DNA of 64,000 nucleotides from Candidatus Heimdallarchaeota archaeon (GCA_019058275.1 JAHLVW010000062.1:160001-224000); one strand, 5' to 3'; shown: positions 1-11,614, counted from the first letter of the stretch. The notes: generated from the letters alone by a model not told the origin. Translations and numbers: made by a program.

Positions 1-2294
1 ATCCTGCATCACCTTATGAAGTATCATATTACAAGAATGGAGCTTTCTATCTAGATATCGAAGTTGATGGGCAATATGGTTATGCAACAGGAGCATCTGG
101 AACAGGTCTAGAAACAATTAATTTTACAGACATTAATAATCCGGAATTTCTTGATTCTTATTTGATTGGAAACCCATTAGAAGTTGAGAAACAAGGAAAT
201 ATCGTCTGCGTTAGTGATTACTCAACAGAGGCGAGATTTTATGACGTCAGTGATGTCACAAATATTCAGTACATCAATGCCTATAGCACACCAACTTTTG
301 GTGTTGGAAATTGTTTCACTGGCGGTGATATTTTTGGAATAACAGATTATTACCAAGGACTTTATCTAGTGAATATCTCTGAACTGTCATCATCAACCGC
401 GCCAACCTACATTGGTAGTTGCTTTTTAGGTGGTATCGTACACAACACATTCGTTTATGGTGATTTATTATTTGTAGCTAAAGGATATAATGGATTACAT
501 ATTTACAATATATCAAATCCATTGTTGCCTGAATTTAAAAGTCAACTAACCATATCATCAAATACAGAAGTTTATAGTGTATATGTTTACAATGATGTTG
601 CTTATGTAGGCGTCACAGGCCATGGATTAGCTTTTGTTGAATTTAGTGATCCATCAAGTCCTACAGTTTTAAATACGGTTTTAATTGGTCGTGAATTTGA
701 AGATATATTTGTACAGGGTAATTATACCTTTATTGCTTGTACTTATAATGGATTAGAAATTTTTAATACAACATCAATATCAACAGCATATCATCTTTCA
801 ACATTCGATGATGGTGGATATGCGTATGGTGTATTTGTAAATGGAAGCTATGCATTTGTTGCAGATGGTGGAGATGAACTAGAAGTAATAGATATCTCAG
901 ATTTAACAAACCCAACTGAATATGCTTCTTATACTGATGGGAATGGTTATGGAGAAGATGTTTGGGTTGAAGGAAAATATATCCTTTTTGCAGATAGCTA
1001 TGATGGTTTAGAAATACTTGATGGAAGCAATCTTGCGTCAATTTCCTTTGTTAGTAGACATGATGATGGAGCTAATGCAAACGGATTACATGTTGAAGGT
1101 GATATGATTTGTGTAGCTGATTTGCGAGATGGATTTGAATTCATCAACTGGAGTGATCCAACGACACCGTTTGAAGTTGCTCAATATGATTATGAAGGAA
1201 ATCCAGAAGGAGTATTCTTACATCAAGGAATCGTCTATGGAGCAGCAAAAGAAGGTGGAGTAAGAATATTAGCATTCGATAATGATGAAGACAACATTTC
1301 AACTTGGTTAGAATTGAATATCTATGGATCAGATCATTACAGTCTAAATAGTGATGCTGATACATTGAGTGATTACGAAGAAGTATACATCTATGGAACA
1401 GCACCAGCTCTATCAGATACTGATTCAGATGCAATAAATGATGATGATGAATTATTTACTTATTCCAGTGATCCATTAGATCCAGATTGTGATGATGATG
1501 GCCTGTCAGATGGGGATGAAGTGGCTCATAGTACAGGCATATGGAATCCAGATTCAGATAGCGATACAATATTAGATGGAGAAGAAGTATTCGCAGGAGT
1601 AGACGGATACATAACAGATCCATTAAGTGATGACACAGATTCAGATGGATTAACTGATCCTTATGAAATTAACACAAGTCTTACAGATCCAACAGATGGA
1701 GATTCAGATGGAGAAGGCTTAGATGATTGGGAAGAGCTCAATCTTGGAACAGATGGCTATATCACAAATCCTCTTGATAGCGACAGCGATGACGATGGTT
1801 TAGACGATTATGAAGAATCTATACTTGGAACTGATGGTTATGTAACTGATCCAACAGATGATGATAGTGACGATGATGGTCTGAATGATGGAGATGAATA
1901 CATAGAAGGTACTGATCCCAATGATGCTGATTCAGATGACGATCTTATTTCAGATGGGGATGAAGTTGGAACCTATGGTTCCGATCCATTATTAGCTGAT
2001 ACAGATGCAGATGGTATTGATGACTATGAAGAATCTATCCCAGGTGATGACGGGTACATTACCGATCCAACAGAAACAGACACAGATGGGGATGGTATTG
2101 ATGATGGAGCTGAAATCACTGCAGGAACAGATCCAACAGATCCAAATGATCCTCCACCAACTACCACTCCAACAAATACAACTACTGAAGAAACAGGTTA
2201 CAAAGGTGGTTTGATTGCTGGATTTACTATCATTACCTCTGTTGCACTATTAGTCTTGGTTTCCGATCGTCAAAGAATTCGATATACCAAATAA
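1..2294 (+). CDS. Surface protein, 5'-partial: LVIVD beta-propeller repeats, acidic DxDxDGLxDxxE Ca-binding repeats, Thr/Pro linker, C-terminal TM anchor
   Basis: Frame is open from the window start; repeated 'YAFVADGxDGLEI.D.S.P' and 'DSDDDGLNDGDE..GTDP' units; ends in a hydrophobic helix plus basic tail. Confidence 0.85.
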   Translation, partial: PASPYEVSYYKNGAFYLDIEVDGQYGYATGASGTGLETINFTDINNPEFLDSYLIGNPLEVEKQGNIVCVSDYSTEARFYDVSDVTNIQYINAYSTPTFGVGNCFTGGDIFGITDYYQGLYLVNISELSSSTAPTYIGSCFLGGIVHNTFVYGDLLFVAKGYNGLHIYNISNPLLPEFKSQLTISSNTEVYSVYVYNDVAYVGVTGHGLAFVEFSDPSSPTVLNTVLIGREFEDIFVQGNYTFIACTYNGLEIFNTTSISTAYHLSTFDDGGYAYGVFVNGSYAFVADGGDELEVIDISDLTNPTEYASYTDGNGYGEDVWVEGKYILFADSYDGLEILDGSNLASISFVSRHDDGANANGLHVEGDMICVADLRDGFEFINWSDPTTPFEVAQYDYEGNPEGVFLHQGIVYGAAKEGGVRILAFDNDEDNISTWLELNIYGSDHYSLNSDADTLSDYEEVYIYGTAPALSDTDSDAINDDDELFTYSSDPLDPDCDDDGLSDGDEVAHSTGIWNPDSDSDTILDGEEVFAGVDGYITDPLSDDTDSDGLTDPYEINTSLTDPTDGDSDGEGLDDWEELNLGTDGYITNPLDSDSDDDGLDDYEESILGTDGYVTDPTDDDSDDDGLNDGDEYIEGTDPNDADSDDDLISDGDEVGTYGSDPLLADTDADGIDDYEESIPGDDGYITDPTETDTDGDGIDDGAEITAGTDPTDPNDPPPTTTPTNTTTEETGYKGGLIAGFTIITSVALLVLVSDRQRIRYTK

Positions 2295-2387
2295 ACTAGA
2301 AATATTAGAAGGAATTTTTTCTTCTTCTTTTTTATTTAGATATTATTTTGTAAAATTAAAAATAAATAAAAGAAAGGGAGAATCTAA

Positions 2388-5049
2388 TTATCTCATTCTC
2401 TTCTTTCTTCTAGTTACAATAACAATTGCTAAAATACCTATTAGTAAAGCACCAGCTCCACCACCAATATAGGGTCCCCATTTGATCATAAAAGCAACGA
2501 AGACTTCCCATTGAGTTGGTGGATTGTAGACAGTATATAGGAAACCTAATTCCAAACTGTTACCAGCATTGTCAGCAATTGTGAAGATTACAACATAATT
2601 CGCGTTTTCGTATTCCTCTGTATTCCAGGTATAATTTACTGGAAAAGTAATCTCATCATACACAGAAGTTCCATTAATTGTTATTTCAAAGGATGCTATG
2701 TTACTTCCTAAATCATAACCTTCTGTAATATTGAATACTACTGTTCCACTTAGTGTTTCTGATTCTGATTGTGCATCTAACACTAGCATAGGATCTATGA
2801 AATCACCAACAACATAAGTAAATGGACTAATTTCTGAACCCAATTCAGTTGTAAATCCATAAATATCTTTAGCTTCGATGTAATAAGAACATATTACTCC
2901 AAATGCAGCAATCGGAATTGTACCAACGAATTTATTTGCGACAACAGACATTGGTGTTGAACCCCATGCGGAATCACCCATTTTGTAGTTTAGCTCAACT
3001 TCATCCAACAGGATGTTGTCATATACATCTACACTTACTTCTACAGTTCCATTATATGCAGGTTCAGCTGGATTTAATTCAAGATTTTCAATTGTAGGTC
3101 CTTCTATATCTCGAACGAAATATATGTCATCAAAGATTGTAGTCGCTACATCAGTTCCAGTAGCATAAGATCCTAACCTTATTTCTGTTATATTCCAATT
3201 ACCTGGACCAAAAGCCATAGTGACATCATCAGTTAGATTTCTAAATAGATTGTTCCAAGTTCCTATTTGATTATGATTTTCAACGAAATAGAAACAAGTA
3301 TTTGAAGAGTTGGACACAAGGTAGTTACTATTATTTCCTAAAACGTATCGAATATACTTGGTATTTTCAATTCGGAGACTTATATCTGAATATGCTAGAC
3401 TTCCTCCAGTATCAGTTAATTTATCTAGTCTCCACCAGAAATCAGTAAATAGATTATCAACTATAGGAAGATAACTTCTTCTCCAACTATAGACATTATT
3501 GAATCCACCATAAGAAGAAAGATTTGCAGCATATGTGCCAGTATAAGCATCTGTGGTAATATTCGCATAATCTGGATCATATGGTGTTAGCCAAAACCTA
3601 ATTGGATCAACAGGGTTGTATGAGAAGATTCCTTCAAAAGATGGATCTGAAAATGGATAAGTAGTTACCTTAAAATCATCCACTAGTAACTGTGGCTCTA
3701 ACTCTTCAGCATCAAAGCATCTTACGTAATAACCAACATAATAAGCTATTTGATTTGGCAAATCCAAGCTTGTCATTAATGTGTAGTAATCAATTTCGAA
3801 ATGACTCCAAGTATCTCGAACACCAAGATCATCCGCTGCTAAATAATATTGATAATAACTAGAAGAAGTATAGTTCCAGAAGGAAGTCATATCATCATTT
3901 TCATCTCCAAGAATAAAGTAATTTGTACCAGAATCTGTTTCATTTGCAGAATGGATATAGAAATAAGCATATTGCGTACCAAGACCTGCTAAATCAGAAT
4001 ATTTCCAATCAAAACTAAAAACAAGATCTCCAGGTTGATTACTGTAATAACCTTTAGGCGATATTTGCCAACCATCATAGATTTCTTTTTCAGCACGTGC
4101 ATATGATTCAGAATAATCGTGAGGTGTTCCAGCAGTCATATTCATAGCACTAGATCCTTGGGTATAATCATCATCTGTAATGTAAACAGAACCTGGACCG
4201 GTATCATAATCACTCCACTCATTAGAGTTCCCGTCTTCAAAATCACCATTTACATTAAAAAGATAATCAAAACCAGTATCATTAGTACATTTAACATTAT
4301 CGAATAGTAAAATTGTATCTCCTACTGAACTTCGTACTGATGTACAATAGAAATACATTTGCCTAATATTTGATATCGATAGATCAGCACTATTACTAAA
4401 TGAATCTTCAAAATCTTTTGTGATATTTCTTACAACATTTGTCCAAGTATTTAATGATCCTCGAATATCAATATGTACTTGATAAGGATAATTTGTTGGC
4501 ATACCACTTACTCTAGAAAGGTAGTAATACAGATAATGATTTCCAACATCCGTTTCGAATACTATATAAAAGTAGATCTCAGCACCCAGAGCATGATCAG
4601 GATTTGCTTTTGCATTATACCAGAAATCCAATGTTATTTTCTCATCGAGATACGATCTTTCTGGAATATTTAGGAACCATTTTGAATCAGATATTTGGGA
4701 ACCCCATTGTTCTGTTCCTCGAGAACTAACATATGCTCCATAACTTCCAGAATGTACTTCATCTTGATATGAATGATTAGCATGGTTATATCCAGAACCT
4801 GAAGGATAAAATGCAGTTGGTTCACCATATACACCATCTTCTTCTAATCCGCCATCTTCAAACACATTTGTTTTTATTCTTTCAGTTCCTCCAACATCTG
4901 CTGTAATAGGATCAATTGCTGGTTGGACAGCTGTTTGAATTGGTTGAGATGTTAGACTACTAAAAGTAGCTTTGCTTTGATTGAAAAATTAATATCTGTG
5001 TTAGAAACAAAGCTAGAAATAGAATTATAAAGGATTTTCTTTTAAACAT
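2388..5049 (-). CDS. Large secreted, membrane-anchored protein with internally repeated jelly-roll-like domains and Ig-like domains; frameshift near 4975 separates the signal peptide
   Basis: ORF 2388..4865. Upstream ATG at 5049 (GGAG RBS) gives MFKRKSFIILFLALFLTQILIF in another frame. Repeated 'W.N..RN.T.D' and 'LFD.V' motifs; C-terminal TM plus RRKKRMR. Confidence 0.7.
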
Positions 5050-5188
5050 AAAATTTTCTCCTTTAAAGAACATTTAATCTAAATTGCTTTAGTTCGAAAC
5101 TAATCTATAAATAATATGCAAAAATAATCTATTTTGTAAAAAAAATGAAAAAAAGGAGGTTTTCCTCCTCTCATCATTCTTTTTGATT

Positions 5189-7549
5189 TCAGAATTCTAA
5201 TTTCATACCAATTTTGCTAAAGAATAATCCAAAGAAATTCGCAATTACTCGAGCCTTTCCTAGTGGTTTTACTTTTATTCTTCCAGTTAAAACAGCTCTT
5301 CGTATGTTTACATCCATATTCAATAGTCTCATCAGAAATGTTTTGTTTTTGAATACAAGAGTTAACGTTGGGCTTTCTATCTGTCCTCGACCAATAGTAT
5401 ATTTCCCGTGGTCTATATGTATCCATGACCAATCTTCTTCTGGTGAATCTGCTACTTCAAAGAGTATTCTTTCATCCGCAACTTCAAATTCTAAAAAGAA
5501 ATCAGGTTCGTTATTGGCAAACAATATTACGTAATCTAAATATGGAAAAACTTCATCCCATTGTAATGCTTTTGCTTCAATTTTGGGAACATATATGTTC
5601 TTTAATCTATCAATTTCCTGTTGAACTTCTTCTGATGTTTTTAGATCGACAGTTGTTGCTATATCTTCTCCTTTGCCTATAATACCTAGCTCTTTTAGTT
5701 TCGCTTCTGTAGGATAACCTGTTTTCCAATCCCATCCTCTGTGTCTGTAATATGTTTTCAAATTGTCTTCTAAGTTTAATTTCAATCCAGCAGTTTTTCC
5801 AGAGCTAAGAACTTTAAGTACATGTTTTGGAAGTTTATCATCTTCTCGAGTAATTCCCATTTTGCATGAAATTACTCTCTTTAAATTGAAGATCCGTTCA
5901 CCAGTTTGCATTAGTTTTCTAGGAGTGTAATGAATACCAGATGCATAAGTTATGTACTTGGCTATTTCTGATACTTTTGATGGTTGATGAAAATTACAAT
6001 TCACAGCTGAATCATCGATTCCTCGTAGATCTTGGAGATGCATGACTCCCTTCTCTCTTCCAGTTATATCATGATTATCTCCATTTATAATATCAAATTC
6101 TGGTGCTTCGAATCCAAAGATTTCTGTTTGAAACCAATCTCCTTTTTCATGGTTTGCTCCACAACAAGCTGTCATATACGACAATGCTTGTCCTGCGTAT
6201 GCTCGAGGGTCATGCATTGGAACCTCAAGACCTTTAACATGAGCTGCTAGTTCTGGGTCAACACCCCATTTTTCAGCCATTCTCTTTACTCCCTCAGCAA
6301 TTACATCACCTATGCCATCTCTAAGAGCTATTTTTTTGATTAGTTTGCAAACTAGTTCCCCATTACCCCAATCAATTTCTTCTAGCTTAATATCTATCAG
6401 TGATTTCTTTATTGCATCAATGGCGATTTTTTCTTTTACAAGGTAGATAAGAAAAGCAATAGAAACTCCACCAGAGATAGTGTCAAATCCATAGATGTTT
6501 GCTAAATGACCCGCTTTTGCTACATATTCTCGACTGAATAATCCACATAAAGGACCGAAGGATGCAACAGTTTCAAATTCTGGACCATCGGTTACAATCT
6601 CTTTTGAATCCTCAACAATTACTGTATGCTTAGCACATTTTATAGTGCAACCTGCACATCCCGAAGTGAAAACTGGCATATGTTCTTTTATTGTTTTTTC
6701 AGTAAGGATTTCTGCTGGAAATTCTGCTTCGGTGAAATAATAAGCTGGAACATCTCCAGCAAACATACCCATATCCATGTAAAGATTAGTTCCATAGAGA
6801 TATTGCATTATAGGTAGAAGTTGAGATAGTTGTTCTTTTTCTTCATTGATTTTATCTCGCAATTCTTTCATTGCTTTTTTATCTTGTCCAGTAATTTTAC
6901 TATGCTTTTGTATAGCTATAGCCTTGAGTTTCTTGGAACCCATTATTGCTCCTAAACCACATCTTCCTTGTGCTCTTCCCTCATCATTTAGAATACAAGC
7001 ATATTTGACAAGATTTTCAGCAGCGGGACCTATGCCTGCAACTCTTAGTCCTTTAACTCCTACTTGTTCTTTGATTGTTTCCTGGGTTTCATAGGTTCCT
7101 TTACCCCAGAGTTTGGAAGCATCTTTAAATTTAATCTCACCATTTTCTATGAGAATGTAACATGGTTTCTCTGATTTCCCAGTAATAACTAACGCATCAT
7201 AACCAGATTTTCGCAAATTAATACAGAAGAATCCTCCACTTGTTCCTTCTCCCCAATGATTTGTGAGGGGAGAGATACCTGACACTGAATATCGTCCTGA
7301 AGCAGGACGAAGACTTCCTGTAACCGGTCCAGTTGCAAATACAATTGGATTTATTGGATGGAAAACATCCTTCTTTAGTGTTTTATAGTCTTCTTCAGAT
7401 AATGAATCATAGATTAGCTTTGCACTTAATCCAGTACCACCAATATAATCTTCTGCAATTTCTGGATCTAATGTTTTTATAACAACTTCTTTCTTTGTTA
7501 GATCAATATAAGCTATTTTTCCATTGTAACCTGTCATTGTTTCAGTCAT
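5189..7549 (-). CDS. aor: Tungsten-type aldehyde:ferredoxin oxidoreductase family protein with C-terminal SCP2 (sterol-carrier) domain
   Basis: GYNGKIAYIDL, GRCGLGAIMGSKKLKAI, CAGCTIKC, DGPEFETV, DTISGG, HDPRA motifs; C-terminal 'AVLTGRIKVK' SCP2-like end. Confidence 0.9.
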   Translation of the reverse strand: MTETMTGYNGKIAYIDLTKKEVVIKTLDPEIAEDYIGGTGLSAKLIYDSLSEEDYKTLKKDVFHPINPIVFATGPVTGSLRPASGRYSVSGISPLTNHWGEGTSGGFFCINLRKSGYDALVITGKSEKPCYILIENGEIKFKDASKLWGKGTYETQETIKEQVGVKGLRVAGIGPAAENLVKYACILNDEGRAQGRCGLGAIMGSKKLKAIAIQKHSKITGQDKKAMKELRDKINEEKEQLSQLLPIMQYLYGTNLYMDMGMFAGDVPAYYFTEAEFPAEILTEKTIKEHMPVFTSGCAGCTIKCAKHTVIVEDSKEIVTDGPEFETVASFGPLCGLFSREYVAKAGHLANIYGFDTISGGVSIAFLIYLVKEKIAIDAIKKSLIDIKLEEIDWGNGELVCKLIKKIALRDGIGDVIAEGVKRMAEKWGVDPELAAHVKGLEVPMHDPRAYAGQALSYMTACCGANHEKGDWFQTEIFGFEAPEFDIINGDNHDITGREKGVMHLQDLRGIDDSAVNCNFHQPSKVSEIAKYITYASGIHYTPRKLMQTGERIFNLKRVISCKMGITREDDKLPKHVLKVLSSGKTAGLKLNLEDNLKTYYRHRGWDWKTGYPTEAKLKELGIIGKGEDIATTVDLKTSEEVQQEIDRLKNIYVPKIEAKALQWDEVFPYLDYVILFANNEPDFFLEFEVADERILFEVADSPEEDWSWIHIDHGKYTIGRGQIESPTLTLVFKNKTFLMRLLNMDVNIRRAVLTGRIKVKPLGKARVIANFFGLFFSKIGMKLEF

Positions 7550-7561
7550 TTTTTCCCACTC

Positions 7562-8872
7562 CTAATATACCAGCTTCTCCCCATCCCAAGCAGCTTCAAA
7601 CATCCGCCTATAGTCTTTTTCCGATACTGGACGGTAAGAAGTTAAAGTACAAACATCTTCCTTTGCATATTTAGCAAGAATGTCTAACTTGCTCATATAA
7701 TCTACTTTGCTAATTTTTGGGTTATCTAATTCTTTAACCGATGCAACTCCTCCAACAGAACGTTGAAAATCTTGTATAGCAGCGATTAGTGCTTCAAGTA
7801 ATTCCTGCCTTGTGGAATATTTCTCTTTAGAGACACCAAATAATGTACATAACTCAAGCCATTTTTCAGTTACCTTTGCTTGCCAAGCAACTGATTGTGC
7901 TGAAAGCATTCCTACTGATAAACCATGATGCACATGCATAACTGCACCAAAGCTATGACCTAGAGCATGTTCAATACCTGGCATTGCATTATTGAATCCC
8001 ATACCTGCATATGTTGCTGCCCATTGCATGTGTTCCAATGCTTCAAGATCTTTAGTTCCATATTTTACCAATCGAGGTAGATATTGAAGGACTTCCTTTA
8101 TAGCTACAATATTTATGGCATCTGATAGAGGAGTACCCCAATTCGATGTAATCGCTCCAATGCTGTGTGCTAATGCGTCTAAACCTGTTGCCATAATTAA
8201 AAATGGAGGTAATGTTTCAACAAATTGAGTGTCTAAAATAACATAATCAGGTAATGTTTCATCAACTGACAAACTTATTTTTTTCGGTGGGGTTCGTCTA
8301 GTATCTGTTATTATTGATGCTGTTGTTACTTCACTTCCTGTACCAATAGTGGTGGGAATTGCAACTAAAGCTTTTACTTTTCTCCTTAATCCAACAGCAT
8401 TATCAAGAATATCAATCTGTAGTAAATTTATTCCTGGTCTTTCATAAACAATCCATAGTGCTTTAGTAGCATCTAGAACAGACCCACCACCCACAGCAAG
8501 GAAAACATTTGGTTTAAATTTATTACAGATTTGAATTCCTTCATCAAGAATATCTAATGGAACTTCTGGCTGTACTCCACTCCAGATTTCAATTTCAAAC
8601 CCATGATTCTCAAAAACTCCTGCAATTCTATTATAAAATGTTTTTGTGAAAGAGTCAGCAATAATTAAGAGTCGTTTATCTCCTTCATCAAATCGTTTGC
8701 CTAGTTCTGTTGCAACATTAAGTAAACCTGTTTTACCACCAAAAATTCGGTTACCGTTGAACGTATTCATTATCCCTCTCATTGCTCTTGCCCCCATAAG
8801 TCCTACTACATCATTTAGAGCGGGACTTTCGTACCATGGTATTTCAAAATCCTCTTTAGTCATAAAAACCAC
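7562..8872 (-). CDS. Iron-containing alcohol dehydrogenase
   Basis: GGGSVLDATK, IPTTIGTGSEVT, GLDALAHSI, HALGHSFG, HHGL motifs. Confidence 0.92.
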   Translation of the reverse strand: MVFMTKEDFEIPWYESPALNDVVGLMGARAMRGIMNTFNGNRIFGGKTGLLNVATELGKRFDEGDKRLLIIADSFTKTFYNRIAGVFENHGFEIEIWSGVQPEVPLDILDEGIQICNKFKPNVFLAVGGGSVLDATKALWIVYERPGINLLQIDILDNAVGLRRKVKALVAIPTTIGTGSEVTTASIITDTRRTPPKKISLSVDETLPDYVILDTQFVETLPPFLIMATGLDALAHSIGAITSNWGTPLSDAINIVAIKEVLQYLPRLVKYGTKDLEALEHMQWAATYAGMGFNNAMPGIEHALGHSFGAVMHVHHGLSVGMLSAQSVAWQAKVTEKWLELCTLFGVSKEKYSTRQELLEALIAAIQDFQRSVGGVASVKELDNPKISKVDYMSKLDILAKYAKEDVCTLTSYRPVSEKDYRRMFEAAWDGEKLVY

Positions 8873-8981
8873 ATCAATTTTTTTGAATCTAAATTAATTG
8901 AGTTTCATTCTTTATAAAATTTCATCATGTAAAAGATGAATTTGTTATGAAATTGCTTAAAAGGACTAAGAAATTAGATTC

Positions 8982-10316
8982 TTAATTTGTTTCTATTTTG
9001 ATTTTTAGACCAAGTTCATTTAAATTCCTAAAGAATAGCTTCTCAACAGTTGATTCTTTAACAGTTCTACCAAAATTAATTACTAGTTTATCACCAAAAC
9101 TAACAACTGCACAACTAGAAGTAATGTTTGTACTTGGGGCTAATACCAATTCAAAGTTTTCAATTTCATCAGAAAATTCCTTTGGCATTGTCACCTTTCC
9201 CATGTTACTTAATTTTCCAGAAAATTGTTGTTCACCAAATCTATTATACAAGAATCCAGCAATTAATTGTTTTGCGAATAATGGTGCAGTCCTAATAATT
9301 GGGAATTGTTCACTACGGACATTCTGGGAAATGTGCTGATTAAGTTGTTTTTTACCAATTTCTTTTCGCATGGAATGATGCACTTGACTTAAGACTTCAT
9401 TGAAACTATGCCAACCTAATCTTGGATCAACTTCAGGTGCTATCATGAAAGTAAAATTCCTCATTGTTTTGGTAGGAAAGATTTTTCTTAAATTTACAGG
9501 AACAGCTATCCTTATTGGTTTCATATGGTTTTTTTGAATATCTGCTGGCAAACTAAATAAGATAGTTTGAAGTGAATCAAGATAAATAGTTGTTAATAAG
9601 TCAGTCATAGTGACTTTTTTCTCTCGAGATACTTTCAGTAGATCCGAAACAGACATTATTCCAGTCGTTACATGAAAGACTCTTTTTTTCTCGTGAGTAA
9701 AAGGTGGTTTGAAAGCAACACTTTTTGTCTTTGTGGAAGGATTCTCTTTTCGATAATTTTTCTTATATGCATAGTCATATTCAGAAGGGTCAGGTGTTTG
9801 GTTTATTCGAAAAATATCTTCCCAATCATTTGAATCTACACCTCGTAAGTGTAAATATTCAGCGACCAATGCTTTCAGAAAAGTTATTGCTCCAGTTCCA
9901 TCTGTTAAGCTATGATGAAATTCTACTGCTACTCTATTAAAATAAGCTCTTACTCTAAATGGAAAAACTCCTCGGTCATAAATTGGTAGTTTTTGACAGG
10001 GATATTTTGATTCTGCAACGATTTTAGGATCATTTGGGTTCTTCTCCCAATAATAATTGAACACACCAGTTCTAAGATGGACATCAAAATAGGGAAATCT
10101 AACCATAATACGATTCAAAGCAGTTTGAAGATCCTTAACATTAATTCGTTGTTTAAGTGTACAAGACATTCTGAAAATACTTGGGGACTTGTCTGAACTA
10201 AGCATACTAAAAATACTGGCAGCATTATCAAGTTTATACCAATTGAAAGGCCTCTTCATTCCATCAAAAAACTTAGGAGTAAAGTTTCTCGAATAGTCCT
10301 GTGCTACATCAGTCAT
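8982..10316 (-). CDS. Alcohol acyltransferase / condensation-domain (CoA-dependent acyltransferase) family protein
   Basis: WYKLDNAA start, HHSLTDG (HxxxD) catalytic motif, VPVNLRKIFP.KTMRNF, LSNMGKV. Confidence 0.8.
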   Translation of the reverse strand: MTDVAQDYSRNFTPKFFDGMKRPFNWYKLDNAASIFSMLSSDKSPSIFRMSCTLKQRINVKDLQTALNRIMVRFPYFDVHLRTGVFNYYWEKNPNDPKIVAESKYPCQKLPIYDRGVFPFRVRAYFNRVAVEFHHSLTDGTGAITFLKALVAEYLHLRGVDSNDWEDIFRINQTPDPSEYDYAYKKNYRKENPSTKTKSVAFKPPFTHEKKRVFHVTTGIMSVSDLLKVSREKKVTMTDLLTTIYLDSLQTILFSLPADIQKNHMKPIRIAVPVNLRKIFPTKTMRNFTFMIAPEVDPRLGWHSFNEVLSQVHHSMRKEIGKKQLNQHISQNVRSEQFPIIRTAPLFAKQLIAGFLYNRFGEQQFSGKLSNMGKVTMPKEFSDEIENFELVLAPSTNITSSCAVVSFGDKLVINFGRTVKESTVEKLFFRNLNELGLKIKIETN

Positions 10317-10413
10317 TGTTAAAAACTACTTGTAATCTAAGAACGACTGAACGTTAACATTGTCAAAAATAAACCTTTGCATTTCGAACATTTATGCACA
10401 TTAGCTGTAAATT

Positions 10414-10779
10414 TTATTCCAAAATTACTACATCATCTAATCGTTTGATCAACCATACACCTAATGGAAATCCAATTATTAGTAATGCACAAGCACTTGC
10501 TAAAATAATAACTGCTAATCCTAACCACCAACCAACTAGATAAAACCAAATTACTCCCAATATTAAGCGTTGACCTGTTTTCCAAGTTAATTCCGGATCA
10601 CGTTCTAATGAAAATACAAATTCTAATTTATCTAGTAACAAAAAACCTACAGGAGCAGTTATGGTTAATGCAACAAGTAGTATACCAATAATATACCAAA
10701 TGATAGAAACCCACCACCCAATTAGAATAGTCCAGAATATTCGAACTATCAAATTAGCCACAATATCTTCCAATTTCAA
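10414..10779 (-). CDS. YccF-like small membrane protein (internal duplication)
   Basis: Two repeats of 'IW..L.GWW....' followed by 'I..P.G..L'. Confidence 0.65.
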   Translation of the reverse strand: MKLEDIVANLIVRIFWTILIGWWVSIIWYIIGILLVALTITAPVGFLLLDKLEFVFSLERDPELTWKTGQRLILGVIWFYLVGWWLGLAVIILASACALLIIGFPLGVWLIKRLDDVVILE

Positions 10780-10843
10780 ACCCCAAAATAAGGATAGATT
10801 ACTATACTAATAATAATATTGGATAAAAGGAAAAGTTGGAGAT

Positions 10844-11236
10844 TTATTCTCCTGCTCTGCCATATATAAAACCCGGTGCACACCAACTACTTTTTTCATC
10901 CATTAACCAAGCGTTAAGTGAATCTTTTTCATAGACCACTACATCATTGACAATAAGCTTGATTTTCTCAATGCACCAATCATCATCTTTTCCAGTATAA
11001 GTTTTCTTACGAAAACAGAGGTATTGAAAATTTGAAGAATCAAAGTTCTCTGGTATATCTAATTCAAAAACATCTGTTTTTCCTTTTTCAAATTCATCAT
11101 ATTTTGGTATGTCTAATTGCCACTTATGACCACCAACATATAATTCCACAGGATTGTCGGTGTCACTTCTTCTTTCTTTACAAGTAGTTATTTCGATAAC
11201 TATTTTCTCAATTTTCTCATATTTTTGATCGGACAA
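10844..11236 (-). CDS. Stand-alone PLAT/LH2 domain protein
   Basis: ITT....SDTDNPV, 'DEFEKGKTDVF', 'DDDWCIEKIKL' match the PLAT consensus. Confidence 0.75.
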   Translation of the reverse strand: MSDQKYEKIEKIVIEITTCKERRSDTDNPVELYVGGHKWQLDIPKYDEFEKGKTDVFELDIPENFDSSNFQYLCFRKKTYTGKDDDWCIEKIKLIVNDVVVYEKDSLNAWLMDEKSSWCAPGFIYGRAGE

Positions 11237-11344
11237 AATTACACCTGCATTTAATAGATGAAGTAAAGTAAAACCTTTTGCTATAAATTAGTATGCCATT
11301 AGATAAATTAGGGAACAATTCTCTGAGCTTTATAAAACCATCCT

Positions 11345-11562
11345 GGAGCAAGATGTGACGGTTTCTCTGATGGTAATGAATGCAATTATGGAACGGATCC
11401 AACAGATCCAAATGATTTTCCATTTACTGCTACCCCCACTCCAAACCAACAAACACTACAACGAAGGAAACTGGTTACAAAGGTGGATTAATCGCAGGTT
11501 TCTCCTTAATAACTATGATAACTTTTGTAGTATTAATAGCAGATCAACGAAGAAAAAGATAA
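11345..11562 (+). pseudogene. Remnant of the 3' end of a paralog of the 1..2294 surface protein
   Basis: gatccaacagatccaaatgat and ggttacaaaggtgg shared with 2129-2210; encodes GTDPTDPND...TGYKGGLIAGF plus TM, with a frameshift. Confidence 0.8.
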
Positions 11563-11614
11563 ACAGATCAATGAAATACACTAGTATTTTTACTAGGCAG
11601 TTTCATTTTCTTTT

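Noticed and set aside
1270-2150. Periodic gatgat/gatcc repeats resembling a CRISPR or tandem repeat array
   Set aside because: They are codon-level repeats of DxDxDG Ca-binding motifs inside a protein; no identical repeat-spacer structure
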